Shown: in pieces, positions 53,101 to 64,000 of the stretch
How positions within the stretch are numbered: position 1 is the first letter of the stretch
Layout: each line of letters opens with the position of its first letter
NCBI RefSeq assembly: GCF_001194135.2
Contig: NC_068988.1
Span: 53,867,123-53,931,122 of the forward strand
Origin: Octopus bimaculoides
Lineage: Eukaryota
DNA length: 64,000 nucleotides
Reading direction: 5' to 3'
Made by a program: the position numbers and the translations under genes
The notes under the pieces: generated by a model
The model's input: the letters and a program-made list of their open reading frames with translations, nothing else
Databases searched by the model: none
Told to the model about the DNA's origin: nothing

Positions 53101-56100
53101 TATCTCTCACATTAGTCTCACTGGCCCTACACGAGCCATGGACACAACCCTTTCCTCCAAATGAATAACAATATGTATGTGTGTATATCTTCTTTGCCAC
53201 ATAACCATGCTTGATACTTGTATCTGTCAATTTTGTTTGTATCCAAGCTCCCACAATTTCAAATATGTAATACACGCAAACACACACAATGATATTAACA
53301 AACTTTTTTAACTATAACTTTCTGCAGTTAAGTAGTGTTATGCTTTATAGCTGTTGCAATTCTCACTAGTGGTCCTTCATTTTTATGTTATTTTCTCTAA
53401 TTCACAAGAGGGTTCAAGTAGTGCACTTATATGAGCTTTAAAAGGAAAATATATGTATGTATTAACAATATACTTAACTCATATCAGAACGGATATTGAA
53501 GATAAAATAAAATATGATAACTTAAGGACTTCGCATTTCAAGTTTGCCAATTTGATATGTACAGCACATGGTCCCAGCATGTTCTTTATGTGTCATTATT
53601 ACCAGTTTCTACTTTGATATTCCTTGATTCTAATACGTATCAGCATTGATCTGTTTACTTATGATATATAGTACAAAATTAAAAATTTTAGTGACCCAGT
53701 ATCAAAGGTTAACAATCACACATCAATCTTTGATACTATGCTCTTGGATACATATTGCTCCGAAAGGATTGAACTTGGAAACACTCTAATAAAAGTTTAA
53801 TATTTTAACATAATAAAAAAGAGCAACTGAAACCTTGTATATAAATTTTCTTAAATTTTGAAATATTTGCTCTTATGAGAGGACTGAACCAATTTGATGG
53901 CTAATTGGCTTACTCGTTCTTTTTTTTGTTTCTTTTTGTTTAGAGAGTATATAGTATTCTCTTTGCTAATTTTTAAGATTCAAGCTCTTTTTTTTTTTTT
54001 TTTTTTTGTGAATTTTTATATTTTCATATAATGTCAACTTTAATATTTTCATATTTTGAAAATAGAGGAACATAAATATGTTCTGTCTTCAAAAAAAGTT
54101 AAATAAGATTGATTGACTATGACACTGGTGCTTGGGCATACATTGGAGTATGTCCAAACATCATTAGCCTAGTAGATTTTAGTGGTATGTAACGTAATTA
54201 CCCTCAGTTTGAAAATAAAAGATCATAGTTCGAATCCAGTTTGATACGATGTAAACATCCCCTATTAACAGTTGGAGACCAAACCAAATGAAGTATAGTG
54301 TAAATGTAAAGAATTTTTTTTAATCTTGAAAGGTGAAGTTAATAGTCTAACGTTTAAACCTCTACTTAAAAAGTCTAGGTTTATGTACTTCAGTTTTGAA
54401 TTCTGTAAGGAACTAAGTTTTGCTTTCCACACTTGATGTCCTTGAAATAAGCACCAGAGGTATACTACTTGCTTTTCTTGTAACAGATGGCTCGTACACT
54501 AAAATATTAATATAACCATCATTATCATCACCGCCCCATTATCATTTTAATATCTGTTTTACCATGCTTGCTTTGGTTAAATGTTTTGCCATTATATCCC
54601 CCTTTGCCTAACTCACTTGATGTATGACAAAATTGTTGCTGTTAGATGCATTTTGTCATTTACATAAATATATGACTACGAATACAACACAATACACACA
54701 CACACACACATATGTTTTGTTTGTTTCTTTTTATGTCCATTGTTATATGCTAGCATGGGTTAGACAAGTGTACGCTGTTGAGGCTTGATTTACAGTCAGA
54801 TACCCTTCTTTTGACTAACCCATTGTGTTTTGAAATAAAGGATCTCTTACTTCACATATATTCAAAAAGTACTGAGCCAGATGATAATTTTTTGACTATT
54901 AAATAATTCATTAATTGTTGCTCAGCATTTTTCTATGTGATGCTGTAGGATATCAATAATCTTACTCTTGCTCTCTTCTTTCTGTCACACACACACACTC
55001 AGTAAACTCCATATAGTTTCCTTCTATCAAATTCACTTACAAAATGTTGATGAGCCCAGGAGCACAATGGATGATGCTTACCTAAGGTGCTATGCAGTGG
55101 AACTGAACACAAAACTAAATGTTTGAGAGGCCAACTTTGTAATACAATCAAGATTTGCACTTATGTGTACACACACACACATTCAGACCACAGTTCCTGA
55201 AAGAGGAATATCTTCTCTGTTAGCACATTTAAAAGGAAACTTGGATAAATGAGTTTTATGGTAGAGCTGAAAATTCCTTATACAAATCAATGAGCAAGAT
55301 TCACTGAGGGCTGCAGAGATGGTTAGTATCTTGGTCACATGGAATTAGTGGCCGAATCTCTCTCAAATCTAATCTTACTGTCTAAAATAAAAAAAACAAG
55401 ATGGATACATTGGCTGATGTTTTTCTGGATATAATGTTGAATGGTAGATTTAATCCGTTATCCAGTTTAACTCTACAGCATGTCCTTTGGGGGCCTGCTC
55501 CATTACAAAATATTTGGGATCTGTCTCCAGTCAGATGATAATTTTTCTCCCTTCCTCTCCACAATTTCAGAGATTCTGGAAAACAGTCATATGTATTGCC
55601 TTTCCTTTTGTGACTAAATCACAGCATACTTTTCTTAAATACTTGATGAGCAGAATAATCATGGTTGGAACGAGATGATCATAGATTTGCTTGATCAGAG
55701 CTGATCAGGAACTTAATAGTATATGTAGGTGTAGAAACATAATGACTAAGTGAGTGTATATGCTACTTGACTAACAGGTTGTGCATGTTTTAACTAAAGT
55801 CCCCTGTAGCCACATAGTTGTGTAATTGGGAAATGTACATAATTCTACATAGTATAACTTTTGCTTTGGAAAGCAGGTTTCCAGATTCATCTGAGATTAA
55901 ATTTTGCATTAGACTTTATGCTTTCTAGAGAAATTATCTGCTTAAGGCCATGAAACTACAAGTCAGCTCTCAAAAAAGAAACCAAGTGTGTGTGTGTGAA
56001 AATTACTTTTTGTCTTGAAATTGTAAACAAATGTCATCTTCCATCGAAACATATCCAGCCATTATTGTGCTATTCATGTTCAAAGAAGTAGGAGAAATAT

Positions 56101-59100
56101 TACATTGGTTTAGAGAAAGAGCATCTGAAGATTGATGAAAGTGGCAGAATGTGTATGGAGAGGAGTGTATGAACCTCACACAAGTTCAGACACGTTTCTT
56201 AGATGGCCGAAAAATGTTGATATTGACAAACATTCTGAGAGACCCACAACCAACAGAACTGAGAAAAACATCACAGATGTGTGTGCAGCTGTGAGGGTGA
56301 ACAGACGAATCACCATCTCTGAGTTATCAGGGGATATGTAGATTAGTTAGAGTTCAGTTCAGTTCATTATCACTGAAGATTTGGGTAGGAGATGTGTGTC
56401 TGCCAAGTTTGTGCTAAAAGTGCTTTCAGCTGACCAATAAGACACTTGGGTTTCAGCTGCACAAGATCTCCCTGATTGTGTCAAAAATGATGAAAAGTTT
56501 TGAAAACTTAGCGCAGACCTCTGAGCAGGTATCGCCAAGCTTTTGGCAAAATTTGATGCAGATTCTTTGCTCAACTTCCTCTGTCATGGTCAATGCAATT
56601 GTCACATGCTACACACCTTCCTTCCAAGCACTGCTGTAAACAGGACAAGTGAGCTAGAACATTAAAACTTAGTGCTCATGCACAACAGAATTTAAGGTCA
56701 ATTTGTGCCAAGTGGCTTCGTTACTATGGTAGCAATCCGTATACTTATGAATCAGACCACATATGTCTTTGTCAAAGACACATTTTAGTGAGGGTAACAA
56801 GATTGTAATCGTCGTCATCATCATCATCATCATTGTTTAAAGTCTGCCTTCCATGCTAGCATGGGTGGGATGCTTTGATAAGAACCTGCCAGGCAGAAGC
56901 CTGCACCAGACTTCTGTGACTGTTTTGGCAAGATTTTTACAGCTGGATGCCTTTCCTGACACCAACCACTCAACAAAGTTGGACTTTTTAATTACAGTAT
57001 GATATCCATTTTCTGTAGCCAGATGGAATATAAAAAAAAAATTTTTTTTTCTAAACTCTTAGTTTTCCTTAATTATTTCACAAGCACTGCTTTCTGCCAT
57101 TGTAACTCTCCTAAAGTTGTTAAAGGACCAAAAAACAATCATCAAGATCTTGTGTGTATGTTAATAAACCTTTTCGATATTTTTGATCCTGCATCAAGTT
57201 GGCACTGTCTGATATCTCACTTGCATGATCCTGCATAGAAAGTATGTATGAGAGAGAGAGAGAGAGCTTAAGTTTTGGTAACTAGGTTAAGTAAGTGTGA
57301 AAATTCATTATCCATCTATATAAATTGTGTGACTTGTATGCTTGTGAAATATAGTTAACTTCCTGGCAGTGTGTGTAAACATCTCATCAATGTCTCCTTT
57401 ATGGATTCAAAAGTCTGTGGTGGGAGTTTGATCCCCAGTTGACTGATCCTAAATTTACTTCTCTCATCTATGTCTAACCACACATAATGTGAGTGTGTAT
57501 ATTGGTTCAGTTCCCAATGAACTACATTTGATAATGAAGCACCACCTTATTTTTGTTTTCCAGATATATTTAACAATGTCAAATATGTCAGTGTCAAAAT
57601 TGGTAAGAATTACACTTTAATCCAATCCTTTCAACCCTCTTTTTCACATCCCTTGTCTTCTTTCACACAGAAGTGATGGTGGGTTTACTTTGTGTGTCTA
57701 TGTTGTCGGTCTTTTCTCTTTCTTCCTTTTTTTTGGTTTCCTTTTTGCTGTGTTCCAGCATGATGTGTGGGTGCATGGAAGCATATTTATTTGTATACGT
57801 AGTGTTGTGCATGTATGTATGTGTTTCTCCATGTGCGGATCGGGGTGTGTGCCTGCATGCAAAGTTTTCTAATCAGAAGTGAGTGTCCAGTTAAATAACA
57901 TCAAGCAGGAAGTGTGAGAGTGTGTCACCTGTTGCAGTGTTCATCTCTAGCAAGCAGTAGTTTTGTTTCTCTGATGCAAGGTCTTTGCACAGGGAACAGT
58001 TGCATCAGTTGACAATCCCTTATTTCATTTTGTCTTACTCTGTCTCTCTACTTCATTTAGTTTACTAAACTTTTTCAAAATTTGGATTATAATGGAAATG
58101 AAAAGGTTAAAGACAATACACTTTATAATCTATTGTATTTGCACTCCTTTTCGTACCCCCATATTATGTAGTTGAGTCACTCTCTTAGTAGGTTAATAAG
58201 TGATGATGAATTTTTTTTTTAAAGGAATACATTCACATAACACAACAAATTTCTAAGTAATACAATGCAGATACTGTGCAGTTGAGCCTTAAAATTCAGT
58301 CTTGCATCTGAAATTAATTCTATTTCAAATTCTATTATGAGTGACATGAAACGATAGGATGGGAGTAAGGCTCAAGAATTACAAATGGAATCTCACTAAA
58401 ATTCCTTTGTTGTGTCTATGTCTTACATTTTTACCAATTTCATCCACCTGTATCTGTTGCTAATTAGCTTATACAAATGTTTTTTTATATTGTTGTTCAA
58501 AAAACTGCAGCTGAAAAAGTGCTTAACCCCTTTTGATGCCAACCTACCTCAGACTACATCTGATTTTACGACACAATCCTTTTGTTAAGTTATGTTCCAA
58601 ACATTACCTTAATAGTGAAACTTAGTTATTTTACTAAACCCTCTTCAAATTATTTCAAACATTTTCAAAGTTAATTGATATATTTTGGTAGTGTATTTCA
58701 TTAAAAATATATTATTGAAAGAGTAAGAAACTTAAGTAGAAGCTAATTCCAGAGTTAATGTATTGTTTGTTAAATCATTTTTGATACATAATTCAAAATT
58801 AAACACTTTTAATTACATAGTTTACATTCCTGTCAAACATGTTGCAGAATTCTGTGTGTAAGAAAGATATTGAAAATTACTGAACACTCTTACATTTTCA
58901 AGATGTTTTGATAGTGAATTATTTATATTAAAAAATATTCTTATTTTTTGTTTTTAAACAGTAACTGTACTGATTCTGAGTATGTGTAGTAATTTCATTT
59001 AGTTTAAAGGCAAGAGTATACTGATGATATTAAATATTTCCATTTATTTATTCACTAGTAATTCACACTATGTCTCAATAAAATGAGTTTTTAGTCTTCT

Positions 59101-62100
59101 AAATGATGTAAGTTTAAGCATGATTATTTTTAATTAACATATATTTATTGATGATATGAATAATCCACAAAAGTGAACGCCACTTGATTAAAGAAGATAA
59201 ATAAGGCGAATAATAAGTATTTGATGATATCCTATAATCTCTTGTGGCTGGAAAACACACACAAAAAAAAAAATGCTTAACAGAGATGCAATTGAGAATT
59301 GTCTGACTATGTGAAAAGTAACTTTTGAGCCATGGTCGCTGAATTTGGATTCCCATTAACTGCTGCTTAACATTCTGTGGGTATCTTCAGTGACACTGAT
59401 GGTTATTCTAACTTTCCTCAGGGTGTTTAACAGAAATACCAGATGCAGAATGGTGTTAGTGTCAGGAAAACCAAATAACGTAGTTTGGGCTTGTAGAACA
59501 TATAGCATGTATATTTCTCTAAAAAGCTGACATACCTGCATTCAGTTCATGCAGATGAATAGATTCCTGGATTTCTCCCCAAAAAACTAATACACATGCA
59601 CACACACACTCACACACACATAGCCATCCTGCACTAATACACACTTATGTGTGTATTGCATACACATGATATATATGAAAGATGGGTATTGTGATATATT
59701 CAGCTGATGCCCACTTGGGAAACAGTTGCTAGAAAACTGTTATTAATATTACTATTGGTGATGATGAATTGATGTTAAATTTTCTTGAATATTTTCATTT
59801 AATGTTTGTATTTTACATCTGTTCAATACTAATGTATGGTTATTGTTCTAAATTTGTTTGTTCTTCTTGGAGCAATTATTTTTTGCATGTGCATCATATG
59901 GGGGTGGAAATGGGAACCATTTCCTTATATAGACCAAAAGTAGCAGAGTTTAAGTCTAGACTAAAACATTAGAATTCAAACGTACAACAGGTGATGCTGT
60001 GGCAGTTGGACTTGTATCTACATCTTTTTCTTTTTTTGCTGCTTCATTGTATTCCCATGACTCTTTCTGTTGCCATCCAATTCCATTATGATGAATTTGA
60101 ATTGGGAACTTGTCATACTGAATATTTATATTTGCTGATTATTCAACCATGGACCAATCCATCCCTGTGGATGTGTTGCAATTACTCTCTTGGTAGAGCC
60201 TGGTGATCCTGGCTCTTGATCTTTTAGAATTCTTTCACTCAGCATCAATGTAAGAAGCACCGTTGACTCAGTTGAGCTCTTCCGCTACCTCTTCACAATC
60301 GTGCTGCAGTCCAATGACTTTACTATATACAGCTGCTATGGCTTGCCAGAGTGCAGCCCATAACTATGCAAAGTTGTCACTCCTTGACGCATCTTCAAAT
60401 ACCTGCACACCCCCATCTACATCCTAAATTATGTGAATTCACAGGACTTTTTTTTCGTTTTTCTTAATCTGGATGAAAGGCCAGCTTACCTGGCCTTTGC
60501 TGACCCTCCAAGATAAGTGAGATTGATTGTCTCATAAACATATCTCTTAAACCATTGCAAGTCAATGGATGCTTAGGTTACAATGTCTACTTTGTTGAAA
60601 ATGTGCATTCACCAGAAAAGAACTGTAGTGATAGCGGTTGAAGTAATTTGCAAGGGTTTTAATTGCATGCTGTTTGTGTTTAAGGGGGTATGATGAATGT
60701 TAATGTTTTCTTAATATGTACAGTGGAAGGAGTCAAAATTGGCATGGTGATAGTGGTGATGGTTCTTGTACGCCCGTTGTATAGTGATAAGTAATATGTC
60801 TAAATTAGAAAGGTTGGTGTGGAGGTGGGGACATAAAGCTAACAAAAACATGATCTGTCTGTGACTTACTGTGTTTCATCTTTGATTAATCACACCAAAA
60901 TAAACTAATCAGTGTTAATGTTGATTTATGCCCCAGACTTCAGCTTGCTAAACATATTTAATCATGTTTACTGTTTGCATGTTTAGACACACGTGTGCAC
61001 ACACACACAGACAGATAGCTTTATTCCCTTGTTTACATACATATTGTGTATAGTTGTTACACAAAGGCAATCACATGTGCACACACATGTACATATTTCA
61101 CACTCTTATACTACATTTTCTGTGTTCTAAACCACATGCCCTTTCCCATATTTGAAAAAATTTCATTTCTCTCACACACACACACACACACACAACATAT
61201 ATATTTAACCTAAACCTGTGTTTATAATCCGTCAAACATTTAGGAAACCTGCCCACAAAAATAGATTTAATTACAGAGTTTTGTCTGAATTTTGTATTGT
61301 ATTTCTTGCATACACACACACACACACACACACACACATNNNNNNNNNNNNNNNNNNNNNNNNNNNNNNNNNNNNNNNNNNNNNNNNNNNNNNNNNNNNN
61401 NNNNNNNNNNNNNNNNNNNNNNNNNNNNNNNNNNNNNNNTGTCGCAGTTTACTTAGCTGAAAATAAACCTCTCTTAATTCAGGAAGCTTTGGAGAACCTG
61501 GCTTCCTGACCCACTGTTGAATTCCACATCGCAACTTCACCTTGTGATACTTAATTGCACTGTTACACTCTGCATCCAATTCCCGACTGGCCAACACACT
61601 GGTCATTGCAATTTCCCTTTTGCCTGTTGCACATGTTATTTCTGAACTTGTTTGTTCCTGGCCAACATCACATAAACATATTCATCTCACCAAATGTTTA
61701 CATCCAAATATCATTGTACTAACATAGTCCAGTCAGCCTGGTTTCCTGCTATAACTCTTTCTACAACAACACACACACACCATCCCACTTGCCAGTCATA
61801 TGCACATATATAGCTATCAAAATTCCTATATTTACCTCACTAACAGAAAATTTATATAACACTGGCACTGATTGAAGGTGTTCACAGTAAAATAAAGCCT
61901 GCACAGATAAGATTACACAAGATTAACCCTTTCAATACTAACCCGGCTGAAATCACTTCTGGCTCTGTTGTACAAATGTCTTGTTTACATAAGTTTTGAA
62001 TTAGAATCTTCCACTAAACCTTAGTTACAATTTATGCTCCTAACACTAGCTTAATGATAACTAAGTTATTTTACTAAATTCTTTGTTATATTTAAAATTA

Positions 62101-63897
62101 ATTGAAAGAAACACAGAGCATTTCAAAATAAATACGGTAATGAAAGGGTAAAACACAGGAAAGCTTGTTGACAACTTTTGCTAATGCTGGTTACCACTGA
62201 CAACAGTACTACCGCACTTACTACTAGTAATGCCACTATTACTACTATCACTGTTACTATAGTTGTTAATATTGAGTAGGAAAAAATGAATGTAGAGCAT
62301 TTTGTTTTTAGTAAAGGAATGAATACCACAACTTCAAATTTTTGTTCCGTGAAAACATCATGTATCATTTCAGCATTTTGTTATTTATGTAATTTGAACA
62401 CTTATATAGCTGTTCTTTGTGAATACCTTATCAATGACAATTATAGAAATAATCGTTTGTAATACAGGTACAAGGTCTGAGACTTTGGAGAAAGGGGTTA
62501 ATTGAATTAATCAAAAGATGAAGAGTTAACTGTGGGATTTGAATTCGGGACAAGGAGAGCTGAACAAATAATGATGATAATAATCCTTTCTACTATTGGC
62601 ACAGGGGCTGAAATTTTGTGGGGAGGGAATGGTCAATTACATCAACCTCCGGGCTTAACTAGTACTTTATTGACCCTGAAAGGATGAAAGGCAAAGTTGA
62701 CCTTGACAGCATTTGAACTCAAAACATAAAGATTTGGAAGAAATGCCATTAAGTATTTTGTCTGGTGTGCTAATGATTCTTCCTTAATAATAATAGTAAT
62801 CCTTTCTTATAAAGGCAGTTTTGGGAGAACAGGCTAGTGAATTGCATAGACCCCAGTGCTCAACTGTTTCTATTTCAATGATCCTGAAAGGATGAAAGAC
62901 GAAGTTGACCTTGGCAGAATTGGAACTCAGAACATAAAGTCAGAATAATTGCTACTAAGTATTTCATTTGGTGTGCTAATGGTTCTGCCAGCTTACAGCT
63001 TTAATAACAATAACAACAACAATAATAATAGTAATGATTTCAAAATTAGGCACAAGGCCAGCAGTTTCGGAGGTGGGAGTAAGTTGATTACATTGACCCC
63101 AGTGCTCAATTTGTACGTATTTTATTGACCCGGAAAGGATAAAAAACAAATTTGACTGTAGTGAAATTTTAGCTGAGTGCTAGAAATGCCACTGGGCACT
63201 AATGATTCTACCAGCTCACTGCTTTAATAATGATAATAATCCTTTCTACTTAAAGCCACAAGGCCTGAAATTTTGGGCCAGGGTTGATTACATCGACTCT
63301 GGTACTTGACTGGTACTTTGCCTTTTGTCCTTTCAGGGTCAATAAAATAAAGTCGACCTTGGGCAGAATTTGAACTCAGAATGTAAAGATGGATGAAATG
63401 TCAACTAAGCGCTTTGTCCAGCATGCTGACAATTATGCCAGCCCACCACCTTAATAATAATAATAATAATAGTAATAGTAACAACAACAACAATAATGAT
63501 AATTTTTGATGCCCTTTGTATAAGTATTTGCTGATAAAAGTTTGACAGTTTTGAATGTTATGAAAAATTATGAATGAAAGAATTAAATATATATATTTAT
63601 ATAAATAAACATTTGTCTGATATTGTCAAAAGCAGTTTACTGAAAGCAACTGACTTTAGGTTTTTCCATCCAGATACAGTCCCATTTTCTTTATTTTATG
63701 CCTTAGTCTTTTGTTTACCTCATTCTCTCTATATATCTAGCTGTCTCACTCATATAAACTTTAAAATCTATTTGAAGGTGGAAGGCAATGAGATTTCAGC
63801 AATAGAGAACAAACATCAAGATAATGGCCAGAAGTTGGGAACAGAGAATGGCTTGGGAGAAGATGCTAGTAAACCTCAAGAAAAACATACAAACTGC
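26382..63897 (+). CDS. RAR: Retinoic acid receptor (NR1B) orthologue, spliced, 3' incomplete: join(26382..27291,41572..41744,42782..42923,45653..45810,63778..63897); core LBD outside window
   Basis: All joins are GT-AG with matching phases (1,0,1,0), giving 501 uninterrupted codons. Translation contains [37 protein letters not shown]|[47 protein letters not shown]|[11 protein letters not shown]. This closely matches the vertebrate RAR B/C/D regions (PPSPPPLPRIYKPC...[28 protein letters not shown]...[12 protein letters not shown]...GMSKESVRNDRNKKKK). Confidence 0.93.
26976..27146 (+). repeat. Coding CAA/CAG repeat: 57 codons, 49 Gln, punctuated by Lys/Asn; followed by His12-Gln6
   Basis: Q12 K Q6 KP Q10 N Q5 N Q2 K Q8 K Q5 K Q; the first 12 codons are pure CAA. 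Confidence 0.95.
27770..27960 (-). repeat. Retroposon 3'-tail module (family C) with (GAT)n tail; copies at 40213-40440 (-), 42400-42620 (+), 47850-48095 (+), 56815-56980 (-), 1120-1220 (+)
   Basis: Recurrent gttggcgttaggaagggcatccagctgtagaaac...ccaacccatgctagcatggaaagcggacgttaaacgatgatg. Confidence 0.8.
28825..29098. mobile_element. hAT (Charlie-like) MITE, 274 bp, with perfect 8-bp TSD
   Basis: TIRs CAGGGGTTTTCAAAC / GTTTGAAAACCCCTG; TSD CTCTAGAG at 28817-28824 and 29099-29106. Confidence 0.92.
30154..31250. mobile_element. Fold-back element with about 110-bp imperfect terminal inverted repeats, enclosing the hAT MITE
   Basis: 30154-30260 (tatttatccccacttaaaagtggatgtgttagaac...gcatataagc) is the reverse complement of 31145-31250. 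Confidence 0.72.
30273..31126. mobile_element. hAT MITE carrying an inserted SINE
   Basis: TIRs caggggtggggaaac / gttttcccacccctg; SINE inserted at about 30325-30712. Confidence 0.75.
34258..35074. mobile_element. Fold-back non-autonomous mariner element made of two inverted 5' ends
   Basis: TA-flanked. The left arm (+) has TIR ggtctaatcaataagtatcc, UTR and [18 protein letters not shown]. The right arm (-) has TIR gaggtctgatcaataagtatcc, UTR and a longer transposase N-terminus. Confidence 0.82.
35171..35568 (+). mobile_element. tRNA-derived SINE family B, full length with internal microsatellite; more than 15 related copies (e.g. 1795-2110, 3905-4285, 9575-9875, 25605-25860, 27404-27590, 30325-30712, 33280-33690, 41975-42265)
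   Basis: tggctgtgtggt (A box), ggttcagtccc (B box), gcaccttgggcaagtgtcttctactatag core, (TA)/(TG) block, tail gcggtgctccagcatggcc...gaaacaagtaaaagag. Confidence 0.9.
35620..36330 (-). mobile_element. Decayed RTE-clade LINE 3' end
   Basis: Minus translation [16 protein letters not shown] (RLRWYGHV-like) followed by EVVEENL..EM; ends in the (GAT)n/(CAT)n-tailed repeat. Confidence 0.55.
37768..37855. repeat. (CT)n microsatellite
   Basis: Read directly from the sequence. Confidence 0.95.
41572..41744 (+). CDS. RAR: RAR exon: B-region proline-rich motif and first C4 zinc finger with P-box CEGCKG
   Basis: Acceptor tttttcttttgcag ends at 41571; donor AAG|gtaatg at 41745. Encodes [57 protein letters not shown]. 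Confidence 0.96.
42782..42923 (+). CDS. RAR: RAR exon: recognition helix and second zinc finger (not in the ORF track)
   Basis: Long T tract and ccattatag acceptor ending at 42781; donor G|gtatta at 42924. The 142 nt encode [47 protein letters not shown]. Confidence 0.96.
43204..43411. mobile_element. piggyBac-type MITE (family 1); related copies near 6020-6230, 8745-8935, 16810-16980, 33720-33900 and 51685-51795
   Basis: TTAA|CCCTTTAGCAT ... ATGCTAAAGAG|TTAA; shared core aataaataagcattacatttgac. Confidence 0.75.
44700..44960 (-). mobile_element. tRNA-derived SINE, family E
   Basis: Minus strand tgggttagtagttagg (A-like) ... ggtttcaattcc (B box) ... cacttcacctcacattgctc core. Confidence 0.6.
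45067..45435 (+). mobile_element. tRNA-derived SINE, family D (young)
   Basis: A box TGGCCCAGTGG and B box GGTTTCGATTCCC; CpGs retained. Not a tRNA, since the anticodon arm is deleted and a long body follows. Confidence 0.75.
45653..45810 (+). CDS. RAR: RAR exon: T/A-box, NLS, hinge and helix 1
   Basis: Acceptor ttttcttggttttaaag ends at 45652; donor CAT|gtatgt at 45811. Encodes [53 protein letters not shown]. Confidence 0.94.
45885..46585 (+). repeat. Tandem array of 3 SINE-A copies separated by (TTA)n
   Basis: Heads at about 45895, 46125 and 46358, each ending ggccttgtgcctatagtagaa+(tta)n. Confidence 0.88.
48182..48497. mobile_element. hAT-like MITE inserted into a SINE-B copy
   Basis: Ends cagtggcataac / attacgctactg; TSD gcccaagg vs gtccaaag. 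The host SINE sequence resumes after the insertion. Confidence 0.62.
48684..50031 (+). mobile_element. Helitron with RepHel helicase C-terminal remnant (contains a gap)
   Basis: 5' A|TCTATATATATAAAA; 3' hairpin cccgggcaacgccggg followed by CTAG|T. 49645-49819 encodes [34 protein letters not shown]..(frameshift)..[11 protein letters not shown], matching PIF1-type helicase motifs V-VI. Confidence 0.88.
50709..51570 (-). mobile_element. Internally deleted IS630-Tc1-mariner element (maT/rosa-like) with both TIRs
   Basis: TA|caggatgggtgaaaagtaagtaggcatt ... aatgcctagttactttctactcaccctg|TA. Minus ORFs: HTH region ([14 protein letters not shown]) and C-terminus ([37 protein letters not shown]). Catalytic core absent. 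Confidence 0.82.
56135..56761. mobile_element. Second copy of the fold-back mariner family, in opposite orientation and truncated at the left
   Basis: Colinear with the reverse complement of 34258-35074, including the same inversion junction near 56495. Minus arm encodes [24 protein letters not shown]; plus arm encodes RRITISELS...VSAKFV. Confidence 0.8.
57564..57602 (+). CDS. Candidate 39-nt in-frame microexon ([13 protein letters not shown]) within the RAR helix1-helix3 linker intron
   Basis: Acceptor cttatttttgttttccag, donor TTG|gtaaga. Length is 3n and open in phase 0, as the flanking exons require. No homology evidence. Confidence 0.38.
59990..60520 (+). mobile_element. Highly decayed LINE reverse-transcriptase fragment (RTE-like)
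   Basis: Eroded FADD-like motif near 60130, [10 protein letters not shown] (VEEFTYLGS-like) and RIFKYL; many stops. Confidence 0.4.
61927..62148. mobile_element. piggyBac-type MITE (family 2); related copies near 2220-2445, 31333-31540 and 58525-58760
   Basis: TTAA|CCCTTTCA ... TGAAAGGG|TAA; the internal sequence differs from family 1 and recurs in the listed copies. Confidence 0.65.
62450..63490 (-). repeat. Tandem array of 4-5 SINE-A copies separated by (AAT/AAC)n
   Basis: Cores near 62690, 62900, 63140 and 63350, all on the minus strand. Confidence 0.87.
63778..63897 (+). CDS. RAR: Probable RAR linker exon ([40 protein letters not shown])
   Basis: Acceptor ctttaaaatctatttgaag, donor TGC|gtgagt at 63898. 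It is 120 nt, phase 0-0, continues the frame from 45810, and is purine-rich and codon-like compared with its flanks. Confidence 0.72.
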
Positions 63898-64000
63898 GTG
63901 AGTTTGATAGTTAAAATTCCTATAACTAGGTTGTGCCACTCTTGTGTAATGATAAGATGTCTTTAGGTAGTTTTAAATCATTAGTATTCTGACCAAATTG

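Overview
AT-rich, microsatellite- and SINE-dense animal genomic DNA with 7 assembly gaps. The repeat landscape and gene content point to a coleoid cephalopod, probably Octopus; this is inferred by recognition, not by database search. The window holds the 5' half of one + strand gene, a retinoic acid receptor (RAR/NR1B) orthologue. Splice-consistent coding exons are 26359-27291 (ATG at 26382; polyQ/polyH/polyP A/B domain), 41572-41744 (proline-rich B motif and zinc finger 1), 42782-42923 (zinc finger 2), 45653-45810 (T/A-box, hinge, helix 1) and probably 63778-63897 (linker). There is also a candidate 39-nt microexon at 57564-57602 and candidate 5'UTR exons at 10161-10237 and 15372-15442. The core ligand-binding domain (LBD) lies beyond the window. 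The introns carry several tRNA-derived SINE families (three tandem arrays), RLE-, RTE- and APE-type LINE remnants, four mariner/Tc1 lineages (one a fold-back family present twice), hAT and piggyBac-type MITEs, a Helitron with a helicase remnant and a three-level nested insertion. The most interesting hypotheses are inverted SINEs bracketing a 933-nt (3n, stop-free) polyQ exon, which fits circRNA architecture; inverted SINE arrays at both ends of an 18-kb intron containing an Rbfox-motif-flanked microexon; and a divergent RAR D-box.
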